From an uncultured Acidobacteriota bacterium (lineage in GTDB: Bacteria; Acidobacteriota; Terriglobia; UBA7540): a stretch of 64,000 nt of DNA. Of this stretch, positions 42,757-53,132 are shown one piece after another. Position numbers and translations under genes: made by a program. Within the stretch, counting starts at the first letter, position 1; each line of letters starts with the position of its first letter. The stretch is from assembly GCA_963804995.1 (NCBI GenBank), contig CAWDSK010000003.1, forward strand, positions 384,001 through 448,000. The letters run 5' to 3'. The notes beneath the pieces were generated by a model. The model saw nothing but the letters and a program-made list of their open reading frames with translations, ran no database searches and was not told the DNA's origin.

Positions 42757-43830
42757 ATGCCTACTTTTAACGGTCCACTCCAACTCTCCAACGTCTTTAA
42801 GCCAAAAATCTGGGGGAAGCGGGATTTGACGCCGCTCTTCACGGCGCCCCAGCACCAAGGCCCGGCGAGTGACACCGACTCTGACCAACTCATCGGCGAG
42901 GTTTGGATCACCGACGACCTCTCGCGTTTTCAGAATGGTCCCGCCGCGGGAATGACCCTCGCCGAAGCGTCCGAAAAATATGGTCCGGAGCTGTACGGAA
43001 AATCCTGGGAGGGCCGCCGCTTTCCCCTTCTGGCAAAGTACATCTTCACCAGTGATTGGCTTTCCGTACAGGTTCACCCCGACGACGCCTACGCCGCGGT
43101 GCACGATCCGGGAAACCTGGGCAAGTGTGAGGCTTGGTATTTTCTGAGTTCGGAGCCGGAGGCGGCCATTTTACTGGGGTTGAAACCCAAGAGGACCCTG
43201 GAGCAATTAGAGCAGTCATTCGCCAGGGGAACGTCTCGCGATCATCTGCAGTCTTTCCGGCCACAACCCGACGAGGCGATGTTTCTGCCCTCGGGAATTG
43301 TGCATGCGTTAGGACCGGGGCTGGTGCTCTTCGAGGTGGAGGAAAACTCCGACCTCACCTATCGGCTCGATGATTTCGGCCGGATGGGCCTGGACGGCAA
43401 GCCGCGTCCGCTACATCTTGAAAAGGGGTTCGCTGTCATTCGCCCGGAACTGCGGCCCCTTCGGGACCTCCCTCGTTTCGAATTCAAAGAAAAATACGGC
43501 TCACGCCGGTTCGTCCTGGCCAGCCGGTTCTTCGCCCTGGAAGTACTGACCGTCCGCGCCACCGCCTCCCTCCGTAGCGCTCCCGAGCGCGTCGAGGTAC
43601 TATCCATTATCGAAGGCGAGGGGCGCATCGAAAATGAAGCCGGTTGGTTGTCTTATCGAACTGGCGACACATGGCTGATTCCGCCCGCCGCGAACCTGTA
43701 TCGCCTTGTACCGTTGCTGGACACCCGAGTTTTGAAAGTTTATGTCCCGGACCTGCAAAAGGATTTTCGGGAGCCCTTGAAGCGGCATGGAATCACGCCC
43801 GCGCAGATGCAGCAGATCATATTCGATTGA
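42757..43830 (+). CDS. manA: Mannose-6-phosphate isomerase type I
   Basis: KIWG, LSVQVHPDD, KCEAW, VHALG, ENSDLTYR. Confidence 0.9.
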   Translation: MPTFNGPLQLSNVFKPKIWGKRDLTPLFTAPQHQGPASDTDSDQLIGEVWITDDLSRFQNGPAAGMTLAEASEKYGPELYGKSWEGRRFPLLAKYIFTSDWLSVQVHPDDAYAAVHDPGNLGKCEAWYFLSSEPEAAILLGLKPKRTLEQLEQSFARGTSRDHLQSFRPQPDEAMFLPSGIVHALGPGLVLFEVEENSDLTYRLDDFGRMGLDGKPRPLHLEKGFAVIRPELRPLRDLPRFEFKEKYGSRRFVLASRFFALEVLTVRATASLRSAPERVEVLSIIEGEGRIENEAGWLSYRTGDTWLIPPAANLYRLVPLLDTRVLKVYVPDLQKDFREPLKRHGITPAQMQQIIFD

Positions 43831-43837
43831 GACGCTC

Positions 43838-44932
43838 ATGGCCCGCACATCGGTTTTCGCTCACGCCTACGCAGTAGTGATGGCCGGGGGCAGTGGCACA
43901 CGCTTCTGGCCACTCAGCCGCCGCCAGCATCCCAAACAACTGTTGGATCTCTTTGGCGGCGGCACGCTTCTTGCCCAAACCGTAGCTCGGCTCCTTCCCC
44001 TCGTCCCCCCAGAGCGGATTTACATTTTCACCAACGAGCTCATCTGGCGCGAGGTTTGCCGTAGCCTGCCGCAGATTCCGCGAGCCCAGATTGTGGCGGA
44101 GCCAGCCTCGCGCAATACTGCGCCAACCCTGGGTGTGGCGGCGCATGAGATCCTTCGCCGCGACCCGGACGGCCTGATGGTCGTTCTACCGGCAGACCAC
44201 GTCATCACTAAACTAACCGAGTACCACCGCGTCTTGCGTGCCGGGTGTGAGATGGCGTCCACCGAGGGGCGTTCCGTTGTCATTGGCCTGAAGCCCACCC
44301 GGCCTGAGACGGGGTACGGTTACGTTCGCCTCGGGGCACGCGAAACACGGATTGCCGGACAAGAGATTTTTGCTGTCGGAAAATTCACGGAGAAGCCCCC
44401 CCTGGCCGTGGCTCGCCGCTATGTGGCTTCCCACCGTTACCTATGGAACGGAGGGATGTTCATCTGGAAGGCCTCCACCCTGCTCAGAAACTTTGAGCGA
44501 GTCCAACCCCAAATGGCGAAGCAATTTGCCGAGATTGCTCTGGTGGGGGGCGTTCGGTCGTCAAAACCCTTTCGCCGACTCTTTCCAAAACTGGAGAAGA
44601 TTTCCATCGATTATGCCATCATGGAAAAGATCACGGACATCCACGCCGTGGCGGCGGATATTGGGTGGAATGACGTGGGGAGTTGGGCGGTGGCCTACGA
44701 CCTTTCTCCGAAAGATGGCGAGATGAACGTCCGGCCCGCACGCAGCCTTTGCCTGGATTCACGCGGCAACATGATTGTTGCCCAACGAGCTTTCGTGGTG
44801 ACCGTCGGGGTCCAAGACCTGGTCATTGTGGAAACGGAAGACGCCCTGCTGGTCTGTGCGCGCCAGCAGTCCCAGGAAGTAGGCAAAGCAGTTCAGGCGC
44901 TGGAAGAAGCGGGACTGCAAAAGCTGCTGTAA
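43838..44932 (+). CDS. manC: Mannose-1-phosphate guanylyltransferase
   Basis: MAGGSGTRFWPLSR, EPASRNTAP, FTEKP, SIDYAIMEK, WNDVGSW. Confidence 0.93.
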   Translation: MARTSVFAHAYAVVMAGGSGTRFWPLSRRQHPKQLLDLFGGGTLLAQTVARLLPLVPPERIYIFTNELIWREVCRSLPQIPRAQIVAEPASRNTAPTLGVAAHEILRRDPDGLMVVLPADHVITKLTEYHRVLRAGCEMASTEGRSVVIGLKPTRPETGYGYVRLGARETRIAGQEIFAVGKFTEKPPLAVARRYVASHRYLWNGGMFIWKASTLLRNFERVQPQMAKQFAEIALVGGVRSSKPFRRLFPKLEKISIDYAIMEKITDIHAVAADIGWNDVGSWAVAYDLSPKDGEMNVRPARSLCLDSRGNMIVAQRAFVVTVGVQDLVIVETEDALLVCARQQSQEVGKAVQALEEAGLQKLL

Positions 44933-45274
44933 GTTTGAGGTATCAGGTGTCAGGTGCCAGGAAAGGACGGAACTGTGTTCGGAAAGGACGAAACTCGAAA
45001 ATCGAAATTCGAAACTCGCGACCAAATGTTGCGTTGGGAAAATGCGTTTCCCAGTAGCGCTGACTGCCCGAATTGCAGCTTGTTTCTCCACATAGGCCGA
45101 TGCGGCACCACACATTGAATGACCGCCCTCTCCGAGGGGAGAGGGTGGACCGCAACCGGCGTTTTCATCAGCCGGGGCGGGACGGGTGAGGGGTCACGTG
45201 CGAGTTTGTGGCGTTTGAGCGAGGTAGCGAGTTTCGATTTTCGTTTTTCGATTTTCGAGTTTCGACTCTAAGGC

Positions 45275-46687
45275 ATGGATAAAATCAAGTTCGGTACAGA
45301 CGGCTGGCGCGGGGTAATTGCCGACAACTTCACTTTCGCCAATGTGCGTCGGGTCGCTCAAGCCATCGCCCAGTATGTTCGCGAGGAAAGCGATCCGGAG
45401 CGCGACCTGATTGTCGGCTACGATACCAGATTCCTTTCGGCGGAATTTGCTATGGCTACTGCAGAGGTGTTGGCCGCGGCAGGAATCCAAGTCTGGCTGG
45501 CCGGCACTGCTACTCCCACGCCCGCCGTAAGTTACGCCGTCGTGGCAGGTAAGACGGCTGGCGCCGTGATGATCACCGCCAGCCACAATCCCTACCGCTG
45601 GAATGGTGTGAAGTTTAAGGCTCCCTATGGTGGGTCGGCCGCCCCGGCCATTATTCATCGCATCGAGGTCCATCTGCGTCGACTCGATCGAAGCCGCCCA
45701 CCCCGGCGCAGGTCCAAGCCCGCTCCCATTCAAACGGTTGATCTGATTACGCCCTATCTCGAGCGGCTTAAGTGCCTGGTGCACCTGGATCATATCCGCT
45801 CGGCCGGTCAGAAATTTGTGATCGATCCTATGTATGGCGCGGGGCGCGGCTGCATCGCCCGCTTGTTTGACGAATGTGCTATTCCCTACCAGGAGATTCA
45901 CTCTGAGCTCAATCCCCTGTTTCCTGAGTTGAATCCCGAGCCCATCGAACCTCACGTGGCCGACCTGCGGCTGGCAGTAATCAAGGGCAATTACGATGCG
46001 GGTTTTGCTACTGATGGCGATGCGGACCGCATTGGCGCCATCGATCGCACCGGCGGGTTCGTCGATTCGCACAAGATCTTCTCCATCCTCCTCCAACACC
46101 TGGCCGGGGACCTGGGACTGCGCGGCGAAGTGGTGAAGACGTTCTCCACCACGCAGATGATCGACAAACTCGCGCGCAAGTACAACTTACCCCTGCACAT
46201 CACGCCCATCGGGTTCAAGTACATCTGCGAACTGATGCTTACTCACGACATTCTTATTGGCGGTGAGGAGAGCGGCGGCATCGGCATCAAGGGACACCTT
46301 CCCGAGCGCGACGGAATCCTGAACACGCTGCTGCTGGCGGAAGTGATGGCGGAGAAGGGGAAGACGCTGGGCGAACTCGTGCAGGAGTTGAACCGCGAGT
46401 TTGGCCCCCACTTCTATGGCCGCGTCGACCTGGAAGTGGAACTCTCCGCCGCCCAGCGACTGGTGAAGCAAGTGGCGAAGGGGAAATTCAGAAAGGTCGC
46501 AGGGCTCAAAGTGACGGCGGTCGAAGATTTGGACGGCGCCAAGCTGTATTTTGGGGATTCCGCATGGCTCCTGGTGCGCGCTTCCGGCACGGAGAATCTG
46601 CTGCGCCTTTATGCGGAAGCCCCCTCGCCCGAACAGGTGAAAGCGCTGCTCAGTGAGATGACAGCAGTCGCCAACGACCTGACATGA
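45275..46687 (+). CDS. Phosphoglucomutase/phosphomannomutase
   Basis: FGTDGWRG, TASHNP, DGDADR, GEESGG, RASGTE. Confidence 0.95.
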   Translation: MDKIKFGTDGWRGVIADNFTFANVRRVAQAIAQYVREESDPERDLIVGYDTRFLSAEFAMATAEVLAAAGIQVWLAGTATPTPAVSYAVVAGKTAGAVMITASHNPYRWNGVKFKAPYGGSAAPAIIHRIEVHLRRLDRSRPPRRRSKPAPIQTVDLITPYLERLKCLVHLDHIRSAGQKFVIDPMYGAGRGCIARLFDECAIPYQEIHSELNPLFPELNPEPIEPHVADLRLAVIKGNYDAGFATDGDADRIGAIDRTGGFVDSHKIFSILLQHLAGDLGLRGEVVKTFSTTQMIDKLARKYNLPLHITPIGFKYICELMLTHDILIGGEESGGIGIKGHLPERDGILNTLLLAEVMAEKGKTLGELVQELNREFGPHFYGRVDLEVELSAAQRLVKQVAKGKFRKVAGLKVTAVEDLDGAKLYFGDSAWLLVRASGTENLLRLYAEAPSPEQVKALLSEMTAVANDLT

Positions 46688-46884
46688 GTCTGTGGTGGGA
46701 TCGAGCAGGACTGCAATCGACATTATGTCGGCGAACGGGCACTGGGAAGACCCCACGAGCGCCACCCATTGCAACCAAACAGGGCAAACCCTGAGAATGT
46801 CGGACTTAGTTAACGAATCTGCCGAACCTTGAACACTTAGCTTGACATGGTTATTCTACCCCGGCTAACATCTAGTTAAGGACT

Positions 46885-48345
46885 ATGACTGATAATAAGG
46901 CTTTGTCAAGGGTAAGTTCCCGCGATATCCCCATCACTGTCTTGGGTTTAGGTCACATTGGACTTCCCACTGCCCTGGGCTTAGCAGAGTTAGGCCGCAC
47001 CGTTATCGGGGCCGACGACGATACCGGAAAGGTCGGCCTCATTAAGTCGGGGCAACCGCCATTTTACGAACCGGGGCTCCATGACCTGCTAGCCAAGCAC
47101 CTGAAAAGCGGAAAGTTCCAGCCCGTTGAGGATGTGGAAGCGGCTATCCGGGCCGGGACCATCATCTTCATTTGCGTTGGTACGCCCCAGCGAGAAAGCG
47201 GCCAGGCTGACCTGAGCCAGGTGGAAGCCGTAGCCCGGGCGGTGGCGCGCAACTTGAACGGATACAAACTCCTCGTCGAAAAGAGCACGGTTCCGGCTAT
47301 TACCGCCCAGTGGCTGAAGCGAACCATCTTACGCTACGGCAACACAAAACCGGAGGCGGGTAAATCGACCCCGACCGCAGCTTCCTGGGCACAACCAGAT
47401 GCCGCCGCGGCCCCGGCGGATTTTGACGTAGCCTCCAATCCCGAATTCCTTCGAGAGGGCAAAGCCCTCGAGGACTTCTTCCGTCCTGACCGCATTGTCT
47501 GTGGCGTAGATTCAGACCGGGCACGGGAGTTGCTGACTGATCTTTACAGCTCGTTTCCCTCCCCCCTCGTGGTTACAAACATAGCCACCGCCGAACTGAT
47601 CAAACATGCTGCCAACGCATTTCTCTCCAACAAGATTTCCTTCATCAATATGGTGGCAGATCTCTGTGAAAAGGTAGGGGCGGACGTCACTGCCGTGGCT
47701 CGCGGCATCGGGCTGGATTCCCGCATCGGACGTCAGTTCCTGGATGCCGGGATAGGATATGGGGGGTACTGCTTCCCCAAGGACGTCCGCGCCTTTATCC
47801 ACCTCGCCGAGGAGCATGGAGTGGACTTCTCACTCCTGAAGGAGGTGGAGCGGGTTAACCAGCGCCGCATGGAGAGTTTTGTTCGCAAGGTCCGGCAAGC
47901 CCTCTGGAACCTGGAGGGGAAGACGCTCGGCATTTTGGGACTGGCATTCAAGGCCGGCACGGATGACATCCGGGAAGCGGTCAGTCTGAAGATCATCAAG
48001 GCGTTGCTTGATGAGGAAAGCATTCTTCGCCTGTATGATCCCCAAGCCATGCCGAATACGCAGCAGGTATTTCCCGCCACGCCAGGGCAAATCACCTACT
48101 GTGATTCCGCCTACGATGTGGCACGCGGTGCGCAGGCGTTGCTACTCCTCACGGAGTGGGAGGAATTCCGCCAGTTGGACCTGACCCGGTTGCGGGACCT
48201 GATGGAAGTTCCTGTCCTGGTAGATGGCAGAAACATCTATGACCCCGCCGCCGCTCACCAAGCGGGCTTTGAATACATCTCCGTCGGCCGCGGCGGAGCG
48301 GGCCCGGGCACGCGGCACCCTTTCCCAAAGGCAGTGTCCAAATAA
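46885..48345 (+). CDS. ugd: UDP-glucose 6-dehydrogenase
   Basis: [30 protein letters not shown]. Confidence 0.92.
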   Translation: MTDNKALSRVSSRDIPITVLGLGHIGLPTALGLAELGRTVIGADDDTGKVGLIKSGQPPFYEPGLHDLLAKHLKSGKFQPVEDVEAAIRAGTIIFICVGTPQRESGQADLSQVEAVARAVARNLNGYKLLVEKSTVPAITAQWLKRTILRYGNTKPEAGKSTPTAASWAQPDAAAAPADFDVASNPEFLREGKALEDFFRPDRIVCGVDSDRARELLTDLYSSFPSPLVVTNIATAELIKHAANAFLSNKISFINMVADLCEKVGADVTAVARGIGLDSRIGRQFLDAGIGYGGYCFPKDVRAFIHLAEEHGVDFSLLKEVERVNQRRMESFVRKVRQALWNLEGKTLGILGLAFKAGTDDIREAVSLKIIKALLDEESILRLYDPQAMPNTQQVFPATPGQITYCDSAYDVARGAQALLLLTEWEEFRQLDLTRLRDLMEVPVLVDGRNIYDPAAAHQAGFEYISVGRGGAGPGTRHPFPKAVSK

Positions 48346-48383
48346 GTCGGCCATTGCACGGAATCGAAGCGAGGCAACCTCTC

Positions 48384-49400
48384 ATGTCAAACTCCCCTGC
48401 AAGCGAGAATCGACCCTTGACCTTGGTCACAGGCGGCGCGGGGTTTCTGGGTTCCCACCTTTGCGATCGGCTCTTGGCGGAAGGCCACGATGTAATTTGT
48501 TTGGACAATCTGATTACCGGCCGCAAGGAGAACATCGCGCACCTTCAGACCGACCCGCATTTCCATTTTGTACTTCATGATGTCACGCACCCTATTCATC
48601 TACCTGCCCTGCTCGGTCAACCGCCTGCAAAACCCTTGGGCTTTAACCTGCGCCCATTGAGTTACCTCCTGCACTTTGCTTCCCCCGCCAGTCCGAAAGA
48701 CTACGCGCGCCATCCGATTCACACCCTGAAGGTGGGGGCGCTCGGGACTTACCATGCCTTGGGGCTGGCCAAGGCCCAGGGAAGTGTTTTCCTGCTGGCC
48801 TCGACATCGGAGGTCTACGGGGACCCAGAAATCAACCCCCAAACCGAGAAATATTGGGGACATGTCAACCCCATCGGCCCCCGCAGCGTTTACGACGAAG
48901 CCAAGAGGTTCGCGGAGGCCATCAGCATGGCTTACCACCGTGAGCACGGCGTGCAGGTGCGCATTGTTCGCATTTTCAACACCTATGGCGAGCGCATGCG
49001 GATGGACGACGGGCGAGCCTTGCCGAATTTCATGGTCCAGGCTCTCAAGGGCAAACCGCTGACCGTGTACGGAAAGGGAGACCAAACCCGCAGCTTGTGT
49101 TATGTGAGTGATCTGGTGGAGGGAATCTATCGAGTTCTGATTTCAAATGAAACCGGGCCCACCAATCTGGGAAACCCCGAGGAGGTTTCTATCCTGCAAC
49201 TCGCCGAAGCGGTGATACGGGTCACACAGAGCAAGAGCCCGATTGCCTTTGAACCACTTCCGACCGATGACCCGCGGCGCCGCCAGCCGGACATCACGGT
49301 GGCTCGGGAAAGACTCGGATGGGAGCCGCGAGTCAGTTTGGGAAATGGCTTAGTCAAGACGTTTCCCTACTTCCAGTCCTCGTTGCAAAATGAAACCTGA
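48384..49400 (+). CDS. UDP-glucuronate decarboxylase family SDR
   Basis: [39 protein letters not shown]. Confidence 0.93.
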   Translation: MSNSPASENRPLTLVTGGAGFLGSHLCDRLLAEGHDVICLDNLITGRKENIAHLQTDPHFHFVLHDVTHPIHLPALLGQPPAKPLGFNLRPLSYLLHFASPASPKDYARHPIHTLKVGALGTYHALGLAKAQGSVFLLASTSEVYGDPEINPQTEKYWGHVNPIGPRSVYDEAKRFAEAISMAYHREHGVQVRIVRIFNTYGERMRMDDGRALPNFMVQALKGKPLTVYGKGDQTRSLCYVSDLVEGIYRVLISNETGPTNLGNPEEVSILQLAEAVIRVTQSKSPIAFEPLPTDDPRRRQPDITVARERLGWEPRVSLGNGLVKTFPYFQSSLQNET

Positions 49401-49538
49401 GCAAGCGATTCACCACCCTCCAGTCCGGTAGGTCAAGCCCAGCCCGCAATTCTCGCCCGTCAGGCGCCGCACGCTTGTGGCGTATTGACTCTTCCACTTG
49501 GGAGCGAAGTCGCGCCCGGAATGCGCAGCCGCCCCGGA

Positions 49539-50090
49539 TCAGGAGTTCTTCCCGGCAGACTGGGTGGCCAAGCGCTTGATGATCATTTCGAAGCGAGCCG
49601 ATGCCAGGGCAATATTCTCCAGGACATCCGCGGGCAGTTCGTCGAGGTCTTCCTCGATTTCCCCTCCCCCGCCTTTCTGGCCGGCGCTCAAGCGGGCAGT
49701 AGCCACGCGAAGACGGTCCGCCAGGAAAGTCGCGAGTGACAGGTAGAACCGCGAAGCAAATCCCAGATCCTTCTGAAGCTTGGCACGGAGCGCAGCCTTG
49801 GGGACGGCCAGGACCTGAGAATCGACCGCGGCTTTGACGCTAGCCGAAGGAGGCCGCGAGTCGACAAACGAAATCTCGCCTACGATTTCGCCCGCCAACA
49901 ATTTGGCAATCTCCACGCCTCCGGAGTAGACCTGGAGTTGCCCATCAATCAGGATAAACACTGAATCGATGGGAACGCCTTGCTGGATGATCACTGCGCC
50001 CGCGCGGATCGCCCGGGCTTTACCCGCATTGGCCAGCCAACTGGCGTCACTATCGTCGAGAATGCCTAAAAAATAGAGCGCTTTTCGCAT
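49539..50090 (-). CDS. Cyclic-nucleotide-binding domain protein associated with NHLP transport cluster
   Basis: GEIVGEISFVDSRPPSASV phosphate-binding cassette; no HTH. Confidence 0.85.
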   Translation of the reverse strand: MRKALYFLGILDDSDASWLANAGKARAIRAGAVIIQQGVPIDSVFILIDGQLQVYSGGVEIAKLLAGEIVGEISFVDSRPPSASVKAAVDSQVLAVPKAALRAKLQKDLGFASRFYLSLATFLADRLRVATARLSAGQKGGGGEIEEDLDELPADVLENIALASARFEMIIKRLATQSAGKNS

Positions 50091-50213
50091 GATTCCTCCT
50101 CAAGAACAGTGGCTAGCGGCTAGTGGTTAGTGGCCAGTAAAACAGTCGCCAAGCCGAAAACTGACAACCGGTTTTCTAACCACTAACCACTGACCACTAT
50201 CCACTGCTCTTCT

Positions 50214-53126
50214 TCAACTGAGCTGCCGTTTCGCTAATTGCGTAAAGAGCCCTCCCTGCGCCATCAGCTCGTCGTAGGAACCCGTCTCCACAAGGGAACC
50301 CCTGTCGAGGACACAGATCCGGTCAGCGCGTATGACCGTGGAAAGGCGATGGGCGATCACGACGCGTGTAGCATTAAGAGTTTTCAGGCTCCGGCTGACG
50401 ACCGCCTGCATGAGATTATCCAGAGCGCTGGTCGCCTCGTCGAACAGGATGATCCGTGGCTTGCGGGCGATGGCGCGGGCAATCAGCAAGCGCTGGCGCT
50501 GCCCACCGGAAAGTCCACTTCCGCCCTCGCTCACCACCGTATGCATTCCCATGGGCATGGCCTTGAGGTCGTCCTCCAGCCCCGCCAGGCGCGCGGCCTC
50601 CCAAGCATCATCGATGGTCAGGGTTCCGTCGCCCACGATATTCCGGAAGATGCTGCCCGTCATGAGCCGCGCATTCTGGAGGACCACCCCAATTTGCCTT
50701 CGTACCGCATGAACATCCAGATCAGCCAGATCCTGTCCGTCGTAATAAATGGCGCCGGAGCCGGGCGTCTCAAAACCCAGGAGCAAACGGAAAAAGGTTG
50801 ATTTCCCACTCCCCGAGGGCCCGACCAGAGCCACAAACTGACCCGAGGAGATACCCAGGGAAAAGTCACGCAAGACCCATGGCCCATCGTTTCGATAACG
50901 AAAATTCACGTGGTGAATATCCAGGGTCCCGGTTAACTCGGGGGGGGCGGTCTGGGTGGTCACGACTTCGGGCAGTGAGGTTAGAATTGGCTTGGCGCGC
51001 TCATAGAGCGGGATGACGTTGAGCACAGAAATCAGGGCGGAACTCAAGTCCATCGCCCCGGTACTGAATTGCACGAAGGCGGCCATGAAGGCCAGGAATT
51101 CGCCAGTCGTCAGCATCGGGGTGTTGGGGTTTTTCATCAGCGCGGTGGCGTAATAAAAGATGACGGCCCAGGCCAGCACGGGGAACGCCGAGTTGAAAAT
51201 CGAAACGAGGTTCGAGATTTTTCGGGCGCGCAAGGCGAGGACTCGCTGTTTCGCGAACTCGCGCGCCCAAACCGCAAAGGCGCGGGCTTCGGTTCCCGCC
51301 ACCCGGAATTTCGCGATACCGTTGATGAATTGCAGCGTGGTGCCGGCAATGCGCCCGCCCAACGCCGACACCTCGCGCAAGATTCTTACTTGCAGCCAGC
51401 CGCAGAAGGTAAAGACCAGGAAGGAACCAAACACCAAGGCGACGGCGATCAAGGCCAGGCTCCAACTGTAGTAGAACATCAGCGCACAGGACGCAATTGA
51501 GAAGATGCCGGTCAGGATGGAAGAGAGCGCGGACCCCGTAAGCGCCTCGCGAATCTGGCTGATTCCCAAACTCCGCCGGGCCAGGTCGCCGGAAGTGAAA
51601 TTGCGGAAGAAGGGTACGGGCAAGGCCAGCAGGCGGTCCCACACGGCCGCCTGAATCGCGGCCTCCATTTTGCTCTGCAGGCGCAGGGTCGCCAGGCTAC
51701 GGGTGAGCGTAAACAATGCCGTTGCCACCGCGCTGATCACCAGGAAAATGCTGAACTCCGCCAGCGCGGAGTGCTGGGCGCCTGGAATAATCGTGTCAAA
51801 AATAATGCCCGTAAAGACCGGCGTGGCAATAGCCAACAGGCCGGCGGCAATCCCCATGAAAAGGACCGTGGCAGCGTCACCTCCACAATCCCTAAGCCCG
51901 AAAGCCAGAACGTCTCGCAGAGTCAGCGCCTTGGGGGGGAAAGGGCGATAGAAGACATAAGCGAAGCCGTTGAGCTTGTCGGCTAGTTCTCCGTCCACGA
52001 GGGTTTTCACGCGGGTGATGGGATCATAGACTTGATAATTTCCCCGGCCCGGCAACAGCGCCACCGGCCGCTTGTCTTGCTCAAGAAAACCAACCATGGG
52101 CGCGCTTTCCTGGTTCCACCACTTGCCCTTCAGCATCACCTGACGCGTTCTCACCCGGGCCGCCTGGGCGATGGCGCTCACCGGATCTCGCTGTTTGATG
52201 AGCTCCAAGGCGCGAGGCACGAGGGGGATTTGAATGCCGCTGGCGCTGCCCACCAGACGGCAGACTTGAAGCAGAGGATCCAATCCTCCGGTCTCCACCT
52301 CCCAAGGGCTCTTCTCCCCGCCCCGCAACGGCTCGGCGAGTTTGTACAGAGCGGCCTCGAACACATTCGCGTCGGCTTCCGCCACTGCCCGCAAACGCGC
52401 CCGGGATTTCAGCTCATCTCTGCGCAACTGGATCACGAGATAGGCGAAGACCTGTTCCTGGAAATTTCGCAAGCCCGACCACCGCGGGTCAGCCTCCAGC
52501 CACTCTCGCGTATCGAGGCATCCCACTTGTGACTGTGGGGCGCACTTGAGCCAAGCCGTACGGCTTACCGGGAAAAACCTTCCCGCCTCGATCGGCGGCA
52601 TCTGGTCATCACCCAACAGGCTGGAACTTCCTTCCAGGTGACGAATCCATACCACGCCCAGGAGTGGGAGGACAGCCGTGGGCTTACTCTCCACCACGAT
52701 CTCCGCGCCCGGAGCCAATTCCTGGAATTCCTTGGGGGCAGGCTTGTCTGCCACCGCCGAGCCCAGATTCTCCACCCACTTGTCGATGAAGGGCAGGACA
52801 GATTCCGGCGAACCAGCGGCGGCCTGCTGGAGTTGTTTAAGTTGCAGGCAGAGCACCTTCGATCTCACCGCCGCGTTGGCGATCACTCCGAAAGCGCCAT
52901 CGGGCCGCTCGACAAATCCCATCACCGGATTGCCGGCTTCCACACGGATGAAATGATGCCGGGCGCCGGACGGCTCCCCCTCACGCATCTCCACCAAAAA
53001 GAGGTTGAGTTTCCCCTCCAACACCAGCCACATCTTCTCCGGGTCCTGGAGGGAGAGCGGGACCCCGGGGTGCAAATCCAGAACGACCCCTTGCTCCTCC
53101 AGCCGGGTTATTTGCGTGATGTCCAT
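50214..53126 (-). CDS. NHLP-type export ABC transporter permease/ATPase
   Basis: 970 aa; degenerate cNMP-like and peptidase-like N-region, TM domain, [25 protein letters not shown]. Confidence 0.92.
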   Translation of the reverse strand: MDITQITRLEEQGVVLDLHPGVPLSLQDPEKMWLVLEGKLNLFLVEMREGEPSGARHHFIRVEAGNPVMGFVERPDGAFGVIANAAVRSKVLCLQLKQLQQAAAGSPESVLPFIDKWVENLGSAVADKPAPKEFQELAPGAEIVVESKPTAVLPLLGVVWIRHLEGSSSLLGDDQMPPIEAGRFFPVSRTAWLKCAPQSQVGCLDTREWLEADPRWSGLRNFQEQVFAYLVIQLRRDELKSRARLRAVAEADANVFEAALYKLAEPLRGGEKSPWEVETGGLDPLLQVCRLVGSASGIQIPLVPRALELIKQRDPVSAIAQAARVRTRQVMLKGKWWNQESAPMVGFLEQDKRPVALLPGRGNYQVYDPITRVKTLVDGELADKLNGFAYVFYRPFPPKALTLRDVLAFGLRDCGGDAATVLFMGIAAGLLAIATPVFTGIIFDTIIPGAQHSALAEFSIFLVISAVATALFTLTRSLATLRLQSKMEAAIQAAVWDRLLALPVPFFRNFTSGDLARRSLGISQIREALTGSALSSILTGIFSIASCALMFYYSWSLALIAVALVFGSFLVFTFCGWLQVRILREVSALGGRIAGTTLQFINGIAKFRVAGTEARAFAVWAREFAKQRVLALRARKISNLVSIFNSAFPVLAWAVIFYYATALMKNPNTPMLTTGEFLAFMAAFVQFSTGAMDLSSALISVLNVIPLYERAKPILTSLPEVVTTQTAPPELTGTLDIHHVNFRYRNDGPWVLRDFSLGISSGQFVALVGPSGSGKSTFFRLLLGFETPGSGAIYYDGQDLADLDVHAVRRQIGVVLQNARLMTGSIFRNIVGDGTLTIDDAWEAARLAGLEDDLKAMPMGMHTVVSEGGSGLSGGQRQRLLIARAIARKPRIILFDEATSALDNLMQAVVSRSLKTLNATRVVIAHRLSTVIRADRICVLDRGSLVETGSYDELMAQGGLFTQLAKRQLS

Positions 53127-53132
53127 GCGTGC

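Noticed and set aside
42757..49400. Sugar-nucleotide genes as tailoring enzymes for the peptide system
   Set aside because: Opposite strand, ordinary housekeeping enzymes, no glycosyltransferase, and the core has no Ser/Thr/Cys
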